Assembly: GCA_018649885.1 (NCBI GenBank) | Contig: JABIHA010000066.1 | Coordinates: 59,840-79,839, forward strand | Length of the DNA: 20,000 bases | Direction of reading: 5' to 3' | DNA from: Bacteriovoracaceae bacterium | Lineage (GTDB): Bacteria > Bdellovibrionota > Bacteriovoracia > Bacteriovoracales > Bacteriovoracaceae | In this document: positions 7,505 to 16,949 of the stretch, piece after piece | Numbering within the stretch: position 1 is the stretch's first letter | Layout: each line of letters opens with the position of its first letter | The notes under the pieces: generated by a model | The model's database searches: none | The model's input: the letters and a program-made list of their open reading frames with translations, nothing else | Told to the model about the DNA's origin: nothing | Made by a program: the position numbers and the translations under genes

Positions 7505-8482
7505 TCATAACAATTCCGCGGCTCTTTTTGCAAAGTAAGTCAAAATAATATCCGCCCCGGCCCGTTTAAAGGATGTCAGCATTTCCATCATTACCTGATC
7601 GCCGTTCAGCCAGCCCTTTTCCTCGGCTGCCTTAATCATGCTGTATTCACCACTGACATTATAAACAGCAATGGGAAGATGACAGTGGTCTTTGAGAGAT
7701 TTAACAATATCAAGATAAGATATGCCAGGCTTCACCATCAAAATATCGGCCCCTTCCATAGCATCTAACTGAGCCTCACGTATTGCTTCTTTCGAATTAG
7801 CAAAATCCATTTGGTAGGTTTTTTTGTCCCCTCCTTTAGGAGCAGAATCAAGTGCATCTCTAAATGGGCCATAAAATGAAGAACAGTATTTTGCCGTATA
7901 AGACATTATAGAAACATTTTTAAAACCTACTTCATCAAGAGCTGATCTTAAAAAACCAACTCTTCCATCCATCATATCAGAAGGACCGATTATATCACTG
8001 CCACTTTGTGCCTGGGCCACTGCCATTTTGGCTAAAATCTCTAGAGTCTGGTCATTTAAAATTTCACCACTTTTATCATCTACTAAGCCATCGTGACCAT
8101 CACTTGAATACGGGTCCATCGCCACATCAGTCATAACAGTAATATCTGGAAAATTTTCTTTTACCGCCGAAATCGCTTTTTGATAGAAATGATTAAGGTC
8201 ATGAGACAATGTGGCCGTCTTATCTTTATATTTCGCTTCCAGTGCAGGAAAAAGAGAAATCGATTTAATTCCCAGGGAGCTAAGGGAGTTAATCTCTTCG
8301 AGTAACAGCTCAGCTGTAAATCGATACTGGCCTGGCATTGAAGAGATTTCTTCTTTTTTATTCACACCATCGATTAAAAAAAGTGGTGCAATTAAATCAT
8401 CTTTCGTAAGTCTATTTTCTCTTACAAGAGAGCGTATTGATTCACTTTTTCTATTTCTTCTTGGCCTTTGCACTATGTTCAC
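7505..8482 (-). CDS. hemB: Porphobilinogen synthase (5-aminolevulinate dehydratase), Asp-rich zinc-independent type
   Basis: RPRRNR, DVAMDPYSSDGHDG, PSDMMDGR, SYTAKY, FYGPFRDA, MVKPG (Schiff-base Lys) and VSGEYSMIK. Confidence 0.97.
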   Translation of the reverse strand: MNIVQRPRRNRKSESIRSLVRENRLTKDDLIAPLFLIDGVNKKEEISSMPGQYRFTAELLLEEINSLSSLGIKSISLFPALEAKYKDKTATLSHDLNHFYQKAISAVKENFPDITVMTDVAMDPYSSDGHDGLVDDKSGEILNDQTLEILAKMAVAQAQSGSDIIGPSDMMDGRVGFLRSALDEVGFKNVSIMSYTAKYCSSFYGPFRDALDSAPKGGDKKTYQMDFANSKEAIREAQLDAMEGADILMVKPGISYLDIVKSLKDHCHLPIAVYNVSGEYSMIKAAEEKGWLNGDQVMMEMLTSFKRAGADIILTYFAKRAAELL

Positions 8483-8510
8483 TTGTGACTCCCCTACTCA
8501 TTGCTCTTTT

Positions 8511-10403
8511 TTAAACCTGAGCTCCAGACTTGATATCTTCAACTACAGATGGGTCTAAAAGTGTGCTTGTATCACCAAGCTCATTAGTCTTACCTTCTGC
8601 CACCTTTCTTAAAATCCTTCTCATGATTTTTCCAGATCTGGTTTTTGGAAGACCTTTTACAACTTGTATTTTATCAGGCTTGGCAATCGGACCGATTTCT
8701 TTCATCACAATCTTTAAAATTTCATCATTCAACTGCTCTGTAGGTTGTCCACAAATAACGTAGGCGTAAATTCCTTGGCCTTTAATATTATGTGGGTATC
8801 CCACCACTGCAGACTCAGTCACTGCCGGATGTTGATTAATTGCATCTTCAACTTCAGCGGTTCCAATTCTATGGCCTGAAACATTTATAACATCATCAAC
8901 TCTACCTGTTATCCTGTAAAAACCTTCAGAGTCTCTTCTACAGCCATCACCAGTAAAGTACTTTTCCTTATATGTAGAAAAATAAACTTCATTATATCTG
9001 TCATGATCACCGTAAACGGTTCTAGCAATACCAGGCCATGGAGCTTTAATACATAGATTTCCTTCAGCTTCCATTTCAGTTTTCTCTACACCTTGTTCAT
9101 CTACTAAAATAGGCTGGACACCTGGAAGTGGAAAAGTAGCAAAACTGATTTTAGTTTTAGTAATCCCTGCCAGAGGAGAGATCATAATTCCCCCTGTTTC
9201 TGTCTGCCACCAAGTATCTACAATTGGGCATTTCTCTTTACCAACATTTTTATTGTACCAAACCCATGCTTCTTCATTAATTGGCTCTCCAACTGAACCA
9301 AGAACTTTTAAAGAACTAAGATCATGCTTTAGAACAAACTCATCACCGCAAGCTTCAAGCGCTCTAATCGCAGTAGGTGCTGTATAAAAATGAGAGACTT
9401 GATGTCTATCAACAACGTCCCAAAATCTACCGGCATCAGGCCAAGTTGGTACGCCTTCAGACATGACCTGAGTAACACCATTTAGTAGTGGGCCATAGGC
9501 AATATAACTATGACCTGTAATCCAGCCAATATCGGCTGTACACCAAAAGATATCTTCCTCATCTGTTTGAAAAACATTCTCGAATGTATAAGCTGACCAT
9601 ACCATGTAGCCAGCAGTGGTATGAACAAGGCCTTTAGGCATTCCAGTTGAACCTGAGGTATAGAGAATGAAAAGTGGATCTTCAGAATCCATTTCTACGG
9701 CACGGTGATCAGAAGAGGCATCATTAAAAACATCATGCCACCAAATATCTCTTCCATCTGTCATGGTAATATCATTGCACGCTCTTTTGTGAACTAAAAC
9801 TTTTTCAATTGAACTGCAGCTCTCTAAGGCTTCATCAGCTATCTTCTTTAACTCAATTGTTTTGTTTCCACGAAGTGATCCATCATTTGTAATGAGTAAT
9901 TTGCACTCAGCATCGTTGATTCGATCAGAAAGTGATTTAGCAGAAAAACCACCAAATACAACTGAGTGGGGAGCACCGATTCTAGCACAAGCAAGAACAG
10001 ATATAAGTAACTCAGGTACCATTCCCATATATAGGCAGACCCTGTCTCCCTTCACAACTCCAAGAGAAGCTAGAGTATTAGAGGCCTTACAAACAGCTGC
10101 GTGTAGTTCCTTATAAGTATATGTTAGAGCTTTTTCATTGGGGTCATTTGCCTCATAGATGATAGCAATCTTATCAGCTCTATTTTTCAAATGACGGTCT
10201 AGGCAATTTTCTGTGATATTAAGTTTTCCACCAGTAAACCATTTTGTGTCAGTGTTTTCAAAGCCGCCTTCAAGGGCCTTATCAAAATCTTTTCTCCATT
10301 CGAAGTTTTCACGAGCTAACTCACCCCAAAACTTCTCAGGATTCTCAACACTTTTTTGATATTCACTTTGATAGTCTTCCCAGCTTTTAATGCGATATGC
10401 CAT
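8511..10403 (-). CDS. acs: Acetyl-CoA synthetase (AMP-forming)
   Basis: LYTSGSTGMPKG, TADIGWITGHSY, SVGEPIN, DTWWQTETGG, GRVDDV and PKTRSGKIMRR (acetylation Lys). Confidence 0.97.
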   Translation of the reverse strand: MAYRIKSWEDYQSEYQKSVENPEKFWGELARENFEWRKDFDKALEGGFENTDTKWFTGGKLNITENCLDRHLKNRADKIAIIYEANDPNEKALTYTYKELHAAVCKASNTLASLGVVKGDRVCLYMGMVPELLISVLACARIGAPHSVVFGGFSAKSLSDRINDAECKLLITNDGSLRGNKTIELKKIADEALESCSSIEKVLVHKRACNDITMTDGRDIWWHDVFNDASSDHRAVEMDSEDPLFILYTSGSTGMPKGLVHTTAGYMVWSAYTFENVFQTDEEDIFWCTADIGWITGHSYIAYGPLLNGVTQVMSEGVPTWPDAGRFWDVVDRHQVSHFYTAPTAIRALEACGDEFVLKHDLSSLKVLGSVGEPINEEAWVWYNKNVGKEKCPIVDTWWQTETGGIMISPLAGITKTKISFATFPLPGVQPILVDEQGVEKTEMEAEGNLCIKAPWPGIARTVYGDHDRYNEVYFSTYKEKYFTGDGCRRDSEGFYRITGRVDDVINVSGHRIGTAEVEDAINQHPAVTESAVVGYPHNIKGQGIYAYVICGQPTEQLNDEILKIVMKEIGPIAKPDKIQVVKGLPKTRSGKIMRRILRKVAEGKTNELGDTSTLLDPSVVEDIKSGAQV

Positions 10404-10446
10404 CCTGCACCCCCGTTAAAAAATTTGTAAGCTAATAGAGGCGGCG

Positions 10447-10475
10447 AGTATATACCCGACAACGTGGTAACTCAA
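10447..10475 (-). promoter_or_regulatory. Sigma70 promoter for acs (possibly acs-hemB)
   Basis: Minus strand TTGAGT-N17-TATACT, with the -10 ending 43 nt upstream of the acs ATG. Confidence 0.6.
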
Positions 10476-10495
10476 TTTAAACAAGGGGGCTTACG

Positions 10496-11107
10496 CTACG
10501 CAATATTCTTAAAAAAAACTAATAGCTGGTTATTTGTGGGCATTTGGATTCTTTCTGTCATTACAAGCGAGAAGTGATCACCAATTTCAATCATTTCCTC
10601 AAGCTCTCTAATGCCCATAAGTGGATCTACCCTTCTCAAATTATGATCAAAAACAGTACTCGATTCGCTACTTAACTTCCCTTTAAGGTGAAATGGGCCA
10701 TAAACGAGGAATACCCCTCCCTTTGGTAAGGATTTAGATACTTCTCCCATAAGCTGCCTTATACGATCCATAGGAAGAATGTGAAAAGTATTTGCTGTAA
10801 ATATCCCATCAAAGGTATTTTTTGGGAGAGCATGTACACCTATTTCAAGTTCAAATGGTAAATGCAAATTTGGACTCGGGCACTCCTTAATCCTCAAGGT
10901 AATTGTCTCAAGATTCTCTTTTATATCACTTGTGTACCAATTCAAATTGGGAAGATTCTTAGCAAAGAAGATAGCATGTTGTCCGGTCCCACTGCCAATT
11001 TCTATTATACTTTTTCTATTGGACAATAAATCACAAATCTTGGCCAAAATGACCTGCTTATTTCTTTCACAAGCTGTTGAAAACGGAATATCAAGCCTCA
11101 TTTCCAC
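10496..11107 (-). CDS. DUF938 family class I SAM-dependent methyltransferase
   Basis: ACERNKQVI, IEIGSGTGQH, ANTFHI, YGPF, FDHNLR, GIRE and MPTNN. Confidence 0.9.
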   Translation of the reverse strand: MEMRLDIPFSTACERNKQVILAKICDLLSNRKSIIEIGSGTGQHAIFFAKNLPNLNWYTSDIKENLETITLRIKECPSPNLHLPFELEIGVHALPKNTFDGIFTANTFHILPMDRIRQLMGEVSKSLPKGGVFLVYGPFHLKGKLSSESSTVFDHNLRRVDPLMGIRELEEMIEIGDHFSLVMTERIQMPTNNQLLVFFKNIA

Positions 11108-11115
11108 TTACCTAT

Positions 11116-11143
11116 TAGACAGGGGACGCCCTCATGTTATATT
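11116..11143 (+). promoter_or_regulatory. Sigma70 promoter (extended -10) for the alpha/beta hydrolase
   Basis: TAGACA-N16-TATATT with TGn directly before the -10; GGAG SD downstream. Confidence 0.5.
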
Positions 11144-11167
11144 AACCTCTTTGGAGAAAGAATTACC

Positions 11168-11827
11168 ATGGTAGATTTAGCAAGAACAAAATTTTCCTCA
11201 CTTCAGTACTGTGACTTTATTTATAAAGCTCCCGACAAAGGTGGCAGACTATTTCTTTTTCTCCACGGGTATATGCAAAAAGCCTACACCATCTACAACA
11301 AGTTTGAGTCCCTGATAAAACCAGGTGATGGTATTTTGGCCCCCAATGGGGCTTACCCAATACCTGTAAAAGTTAAAGATAATTGGAAACATGGTTATAG
11401 CTGGTATTTTTACAATCCAAATACACGTGAATATCCAATCGATACTGACGTTGCCGTTTCTTTTATAAAAACACTTTTAAACGAAAAAAATTTAAATGAG
11501 CACAAAATCACCGCCATTGGTTTTTCACAAGGCGGATACTTAACTCCCTACTTGGCCCAAAATATTCCGCAAATTGATCATATAATCGGTATGGCCTGTG
11601 AGTTTAAAACAAATAGACTTGATGAAGGAAAAAGGTTTGATTTTAGAGCTGATCAAGTACACGGAGGATGCGATGACTTGGTCAATATTGAACATGCCAA
11701 AGAAAACCATCGTGCCATATTAAAACTTGGGGCAAGAGGTTCATTTATTGAGTTTCCTGAAGAGAAGCACGAATATTGTGATGTCTTTATATCGAAAGTA
11801 GTCGAATTTATGCAGCTAACCGATTAA
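11168..11827 (+). CDS. Alpha/beta hydrolase, phospholipase/carboxylesterase-like
   Basis: FLHGY, GFSQGG nucleophile elbow, HGGCDDLV (Asp) and EKHE (His). Confidence 0.85.
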   Translation: MVDLARTKFSSLQYCDFIYKAPDKGGRLFLFLHGYMQKAYTIYNKFESLIKPGDGILAPNGAYPIPVKVKDNWKHGYSWYFYNPNTREYPIDTDVAVSFIKTLLNEKNLNEHKITAIGFSQGGYLTPYLAQNIPQIDHIIGMACEFKTNRLDEGKRFDFRADQVHGGCDDLVNIEHAKENHRAILKLGARGSFIEFPEEKHEYCDVFISKVVEFMQLTD

Positions 11828-12202
11828 GTCGTCTAGCTCATCTTGTGTAATAAATTCCTTAAATAGTAACCCTTCAATTTCTTCGATCTTGAACGGCTTA
11901 TATAAAAAACCATGCATATTTTTTATTTCCGGGTGTGTATTTGAGTTAAGTGCAGTCCCCGTAATCAAGTAGAACTTAGCTTGAGGTTGAGCTTTACGTG
12001 CTATTTTAAATATATCTATTCCAGTACCATCTTGTAAATTATAGTCACATACAACATAGTCAAATTGAGTTTCATTCAGCAGAGAAACTGCTTTATCAGT
12101 CTGGATTGTTTTAGTTATAGTGACTCCATTAATCTGACTTAAAATATCAGCTATTGTATCTACAACATCTTCTTCATCATCAATAACTAAAACTGAGGGC
12201 AT
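11816..12202 (-). CDS. Single-domain response regulator (receiver only)
   Basis: VLVIDDE, CDYNL (phospho-Asp), ITG and YKPF; start moved to ATG 12202 because an AAGGAG SD precedes it. Confidence 0.88.
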   Translation of the reverse strand: MPSVLVIDDEEDVVDTIADILSQINGVTITKTIQTDKAVSLLNETQFDYVVCDYNLQDGTGIDIFKIARKAQPQAKFYLITGTALNSNTHPEIKNMHGFLYKPFKIEEIEGLLFKEFITQDELDDLIG

Positions 12203-12313
12203 AGCAACCTTCTCCTTGGTTAAGATATTATAACTTGCATGTGGCAAACAAAGACATAGATTTTTCTAACATCTTGCAATTATAATGATTAAATAAACTT
12301 TATTGGGGCATTT

Positions 12314-12688
12314 ATGGAGAGACTTTTTTTTGAATATGCCTCATGGATTGCACTTTTGGTCTTATCTATTGGATATTGGGTCCAGGCCATAAAGATTCAC
12401 CATCATAAAGAAGTTAGGGATCTATCATTTCTAAGCTACCTGATGCTGACAATTAGTTTTATTGTTGTGGCCACCCATGCCGCCAAAAAAAGCTCAACAA
12501 CGCAGGTGTTAACCCAAGTTGCTTCAGCAATTCCCTGTCTCATTATAATGGCCCAAATCTGGTACCACAAAGAAGACAGGTGGCACGACGATGAAAATGG
12601 ACCCTGTCAAAAATGTGGAAATATTTTAGAGCCAAGTTGGAGCTTTTGCACCAACTGTGGAGAAAAGCTTCCTACTCACTGCCTTTAA
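12314..12688 (+). CDS. SemiSWEET/PQ-loop-like 3-TM protein with a C-terminal zinc ribbon
   Basis: Three hydrophobic helices; QAIKIHHHKEVRDLS resembles the PQxxKxxKxKxxxDLS loop; C-terminal CQKC-x10-CTNC. Confidence 0.7.
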   Translation: MERLFFEYASWIALLVLSIGYWVQAIKIHHHKEVRDLSFLSYLMLTISFIVVATHAAKKSSTTQVLTQVASAIPCLIIMAQIWYHKEDRWHDDENGPCQKCGNILEPSWSFCTNCGEKLPTHCL

Positions 12689-14639
12689 GTAAATGTTTCA
12701 CAAAAAAGTCAATTGTATAAGTAGTGGCAATGGCCCGGTTTTTTCTTTTTCTGACTCCATGACCTTCATCAGGAAAAAGCAGTAGGGTTGAATCAATATT
12801 CTTTTTTTCTAGTAAACTTTGAATTTGAACAGATTCTCCAGCAGGGACCCTGGGGTCATTCACTCCGTGAATAAGAAGAAGAGGATCTTTAATTTTATCA
12901 ATGTAATTTATCGGAGACAGTTTCATTAGAGCTTCTCGGTCTTTAACAGGATCACCATATTCAGTAACTCTCGAATATCTTCTATAAGAGGATGTATTAT
13001 TAAGAAAAGAAACCAAGTTGCTCATACCGACATTGGCCACTCCTGCATCGTAAGTCCCTGCATAAATAGTCATGGCCACAAGTGCAGAATACCCACCGTA
13101 AGACCCTCCCATCACTCCAACTTTGGGTGAAACCCCATCTACCTTCCAATTTTTCTTGATGAAAATTGCACAGTCTTCGATATCTGTTAAGACATCCAAT
13201 CTCTTAGCGCCATTGTCTGAATGAAGCCAACTTTTTCCATAGCCCCTACTGCCGCGAACATTTGGTTCAACAAAAATAAATCCCTTTTGAAGATATAATT
13301 CGGTTCTAGGACTGAATCCTGGGTGCCTTTGTGATTCAGGACCTCCATGGAAATTAACTATAACAGGACAGTTTTGATGGAAACACTGACTAGGCTTCCT
13401 AACAAACATTGGTATTTTCACTCCATCTCTTGCTGTGTAGGACTTTAGCTTTGCTCTAGTAAATGACTTGGTACTTATCTCAGGTTGACTTGGGAGGGTC
13501 CACTTTGTCAGCTGCCTTCTTTCCCAATCATACACAAAGCTCTTTCTTGGTGAACGATACATTGAAACACCTAGTGTTGTGTAACGACCAGTACTTGAGG
13601 TAAAGCCAGAGTAAGTGTGCTCTGCCTCGTTGGGCTTCCACTCAGGAAAGTAAATCCGTTTTAAAGTTTTGGCCGAGATGGCCTTCAAATGAAAATACCC
13701 CTTCTTGTTTATTTCATAAAGTATTCTTTTTCTACTTGGATCAATTGAAAATCCAGAAATATCAAATTTTCGATCAGCCGTTATGGGTGTAAAGATCCCT
13801 TTTCTCCATTTGTACAACCTTTGGTACTCACCAAATTTATTTGTTTTAACAATTAGCTCCCCTTTATTATTCAAGTAGGCTGCTGAATACTGCTCATCTT
13901 CCCCTTGCCCAAATAATGGCTCTAGCTTTCCTTTGTTAAATTGGTAGTACTCCCTTGCGGTGTTACCTTTTAGAAAAACTAATAAGATCTTTCCATTTTT
14001 AAGGTGGTCTACCATCACCCAAGAACCTTTTACTTTGAGTACTAGCTCAGTCTCTTTGGTACTAATTTCATATCGATAAAAATCATAATTAGCTCTATCA
14101 TTTTCGTTATTTCGAAAATATAAGTATTTTCCATCATGAGATATAAATTGAAAAAATGCCCGTACTCCCGTTTTTCTATATACTTTTATCAGGGCCCCTC
14201 CCCGGACACTCTGAAGATAAACCCCGGGATTTTCTTCTCCATTTCTATCCCTAGAAATGACAATGAATTTACCATCTGGAGTAATGTCTTGAACATAAGC
14301 TCTCTCATTCCCACCAGTCATTTGTACTGGAAATTTCATGGGCCCATCTAATCTCCATATTTGATTAACACCCGTTACATTCCAGTTCACAAATAATTTA
14401 CTTCCATCAGGACTAATCACCCCAAGGCTAGGCGTCCTTATATCCATTGAGGCCTCAACTTTTCTAAGAGTTTCTGGATCAACGCTCCTGGGAGAATACT
14501 TTTTTATGATTTCAGAGCTAAGACTTGCATGTCCTACTCCGCTATATTCTTTTTTACTATTTGTCTTAGATGGAGACGAAGAGCACGATATATTGAGAAT
14601 TAGTAGTATAGAAAAAAATAAAAGATATTTCATGAACAT
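12672..14639 (-). CDS. S9 family peptidase (prolyl oligopeptidase/acylaminoacyl peptidase), lipoprotein
   Basis: Lipobox-like LNISC; beta-propeller repeats (SPDG, TPDG, SHDG); HGGPE, NVRGSRGYG, GGSYGG (Ser), NDPRV (Asp) and EGHG (His). Confidence 0.93.
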   Translation of the reverse strand: MFMKYLLFFSILLILNISCSSSPSKTNSKKEYSGVGHASLSSEIIKKYSPRSVDPETLRKVEASMDIRTPSLGVISPDGSKLFVNWNVTGVNQIWRLDGPMKFPVQMTGGNERAYVQDITPDGKFIVISRDRNGEENPGVYLQSVRGGALIKVYRKTGVRAFFQFISHDGKYLYFRNNENDRANYDFYRYEISTKETELVLKVKGSWVMVDHLKNGKILLVFLKGNTAREYYQFNKGKLEPLFGQGEDEQYSAAYLNNKGELIVKTNKFGEYQRLYKWRKGIFTPITADRKFDISGFSIDPSRKRILYEINKKGYFHLKAISAKTLKRIYFPEWKPNEAEHTYSGFTSSTGRYTTLGVSMYRSPRKSFVYDWERRQLTKWTLPSQPEISTKSFTRAKLKSYTARDGVKIPMFVRKPSQCFHQNCPVIVNFHGGPESQRHPGFSPRTELYLQKGFIFVEPNVRGSRGYGKSWLHSDNGAKRLDVLTDIEDCAIFIKKNWKVDGVSPKVGVMGGSYGGYSALVAMTIYAGTYDAGVANVGMSNLVSFLNNTSSYRRYSRVTEYGDPVKDREALMKLSPINYIDKIKDPLLLIHGVNDPRVPAGESVQIQSLLEKKNIDSTLLLFPDEGHGVRKRKNRAIATTYTIDFFVKHLLKGSE

Positions 14640-14793
14640 TCCCTGTTTGAATAACCTTAATCACCTGAATATAGCTTATAGTAACTAAGAATCTAAATGA
14701 ATGGAATTATACATTCCAAAAAATGCAAAGAAAACAAACTCATTGCCAGGCGGCTAAGCAAAGTAATAATTGAGGTATTAAGATTAGAAGTAT

Positions 14794-14830
14794 AAAAAAT
14801 TCCCCCCAGACCAAATTAAATCCGGGGGAG
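14794..14830 (-). terminator. Intrinsic terminator
   Basis: Minus strand TCCCCCGGA-loop-TCTGGGGGGA followed by ATTTTTT, just after the stop at 14838. Confidence 0.75.
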
Positions 14831-14837
14831 GGTTTAT

Positions 14838-15836
14838 TTAGTCACATTCAGTGCCAGGGATATAAGAAAATACAGACCCATCAATCAACACCCAATGAGT
14901 ATCACTCCAAGTAAAAACCCCATCTTCACAATCAAACCCGGAGGTACTTACAATTTCATATTTTACAAATTTCTTAGCACCTCGTGCTAGAACTTCAGAT
15001 TTGAAATTACTCGCTTTAGTTGAATAGCTTGAATGATACCCAACCTCACGATATTCATCATCGTAATCGTCATCATAAGATATTCCCAAATTGGCTTCGA
15101 TAATATCAACTGCTGCTTGCTCAGCTTCATCAGCACTTCCATACCATTTACTGCTAGCTCTAAATTTTTTAGATAGTGGATCACTCCCATCTTCTTTTAT
15201 AGACTCACCAGCAAACACCTTGTTCCTGGGAGAATAATTCAGACCAAATTCAATTTGTAGGGCGTAATAAGGAAGGTCAAAGTCATATTCGTCTGCACTA
15301 AAACCATTGTCCCACTCGACTTTAAATAATAATTTTTTAAAATCTTCAAGCGTAGCTGGATCTTCTATTTCAGAGAGCCTTTTTTGTTCTTTTTCGACAA
15401 CGGCCACTCTCGACTTGGCAAAACTAATTGATCTCTTAGAGTTGTGTTTTCTATAAACCCACTCACCAATAAGAACATTGCCTTCTCTCTTCACAACTTT
15501 AACTCGAATTTTTTTGTTCACTTTTACCACTTTTATATCAACTGCATATTCAAGGTTTTTGGCCTTTGAAGACGCCTTCTCATAGCTTGTATAAAAACTC
15601 ATTCCACCAAGTGATAAGGCTTGCTGGGAAACATTTTTTCCTTTGCGACCAAAAAGTAAAAGCCAGTCTCGCCTATCATATGAGGTTTCAGATTTAGACT
15701 GAACGTGAGCCAAATATCTCATTTTGGCAGGTGCAAAAGCTGATTTCCAAGTATCAATTACTTTTCCTTCAATTTCAGAACTTGCGTATGAGTTAAAAAT
15801 AAAGATCCCACAAAGGATCGCGATAACACTTTTCAT
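14838..15836 (-). CDS. Exported hypothetical protein
   Basis: 332-aa ORF with GGAGA SD, signal peptide MKSVIAILCGIFIFNSYA and its own terminator; no family recognised. Confidence 0.75.
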   Translation of the reverse strand: MKSVIAILCGIFIFNSYASSEIEGKVIDTWKSAFAPAKMRYLAHVQSKSETSYDRRDWLLLFGRKGKNVSQQALSLGGMSFYTSYEKASSKAKNLEYAVDIKVVKVNKKIRVKVVKREGNVLIGEWVYRKHNSKRSISFAKSRVAVVEKEQKRLSEIEDPATLEDFKKLLFKVEWDNGFSADEYDFDLPYYALQIEFGLNYSPRNKVFAGESIKEDGSDPLSKKFRASSKWYGSADEAEQAAVDIIEANLGISYDDDYDDEYREVGYHSSYSTKASNFKSEVLARGAKKFVKYEIVSTSGFDCEDGVFTWSDTHWVLIDGSVFSYIPGTECD

Positions 15837-16043
15837 ATATATTCTCCCAGTAATTTTATTACCTTGCTATAGCTCCAGATACACCTTGAATAGTATTTTG
15901 AAAATATTTCACTCCATCTGATGGTTTATTACTTGAGCTATTTATTGAAATTTCAGCTAGATGGCCATGTCCAACTCCTAAACACCCCAATACAAATTAC
16001 AAAATTCTCTCTACTGAGTACTATAATTTCATATAATTACCAT

Positions 16044-16949
16044 ATGAAAATGAGATTTGAATTTCTTGGGGAAGATCAAAAACCAATTGTATTAATCCTC
16101 ACAATATTGTCCTTACTGCTCACGAATCCAGCAAACTCGCTTGCGAGTCTATGTGACCAATATAGAGATGTTAAAGAAGAAATAAATCAGACCCCGGAAA
16201 AGGTGGCGCTTTTAAGTGAAATACAAATACTTCTCTCAGTAGATCCTGAAGGTCCATATGACAATAGTTTAACAGATGAAGATTTTGACTATGAATACCA
16301 AAAACTAAGTGCTTTTCGGCCAGCACTAGTGAAGTTCATTGAGGACAATGGGCTTCACAGTTACAGAGAAAAAGTTCAATTGAATGAAAAATTGACAATC
16401 GCTTTTGAAGCGGCAAAAAAAATCCCTGAAGATACCTTTAAACTATATAAATTATTAAAAAGAGATCTTCTCCTCTACACTTACCTGAAAACAATTTCAC
16501 CAGGTACACCTGAAGAAATTGCAGCTGATTTATTAAATCGTGAAATGGTTAAAGAGCAAATGTTTATGTCGAGCTTTAGAAAAACTAAAGTGGTAAAATC
16601 GGCAATTAAGTACGGCACAGATTATTTAGTGAAAAATTATCTTATTAACCCGGGAATAATTGCTTCATATGGGCTTTACTTTGTAAGCGAATCGACTTCA
16701 GTCTATACAGTGTTTTCAGGACTTTCAAAAATAGCCGTTCCAGTTTATCTAGTGCTAGGTTTAGTATGGCCATCCGATCTCAGCAGCTTAAGTGTTCCAC
16801 AGAATAAATTTGCAGCTTATCCACCAACTCTCCTCATGAGAAGTATGAGTGATGCTCAGGCTTGTGAATATATCGAAACTTACCAAGATATTCATGATGG
16901 GCTGGAAAAAATTCTTCAATTATATGATAGGTACAAAGAACTCAATTAA
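16044..16949 (+). CDS. Hypothetical exported or membrane-associated helical protein
   Basis: The ORF is open from 15921, but its first 41 codons look like promoter DNA. ATG 16044 puts a hydrophobic signal-like stretch (IVLILTILSLLLTNPANSLA) near the N-terminus; a second hydrophobic region lies in the C-terminal third. Confidence 0.65.
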   Translation: MKMRFEFLGEDQKPIVLILTILSLLLTNPANSLASLCDQYRDVKEEINQTPEKVALLSEIQILLSVDPEGPYDNSLTDEDFDYEYQKLSAFRPALVKFIEDNGLHSYREKVQLNEKLTIAFEAAKKIPEDTFKLYKLLKRDLLLYTYLKTISPGTPEEIAADLLNREMVKEQMFMSSFRKTKVVKSAIKYGTDYLVKNYLINPGIIASYGLYFVSESTSVYTVFSGLSKIAVPVYLVLGLVWPSDLSSLSVPQNKFAAYPPTLLMRSMSDAQACEYIETYQDIHDGLEKILQLYDRYKELN

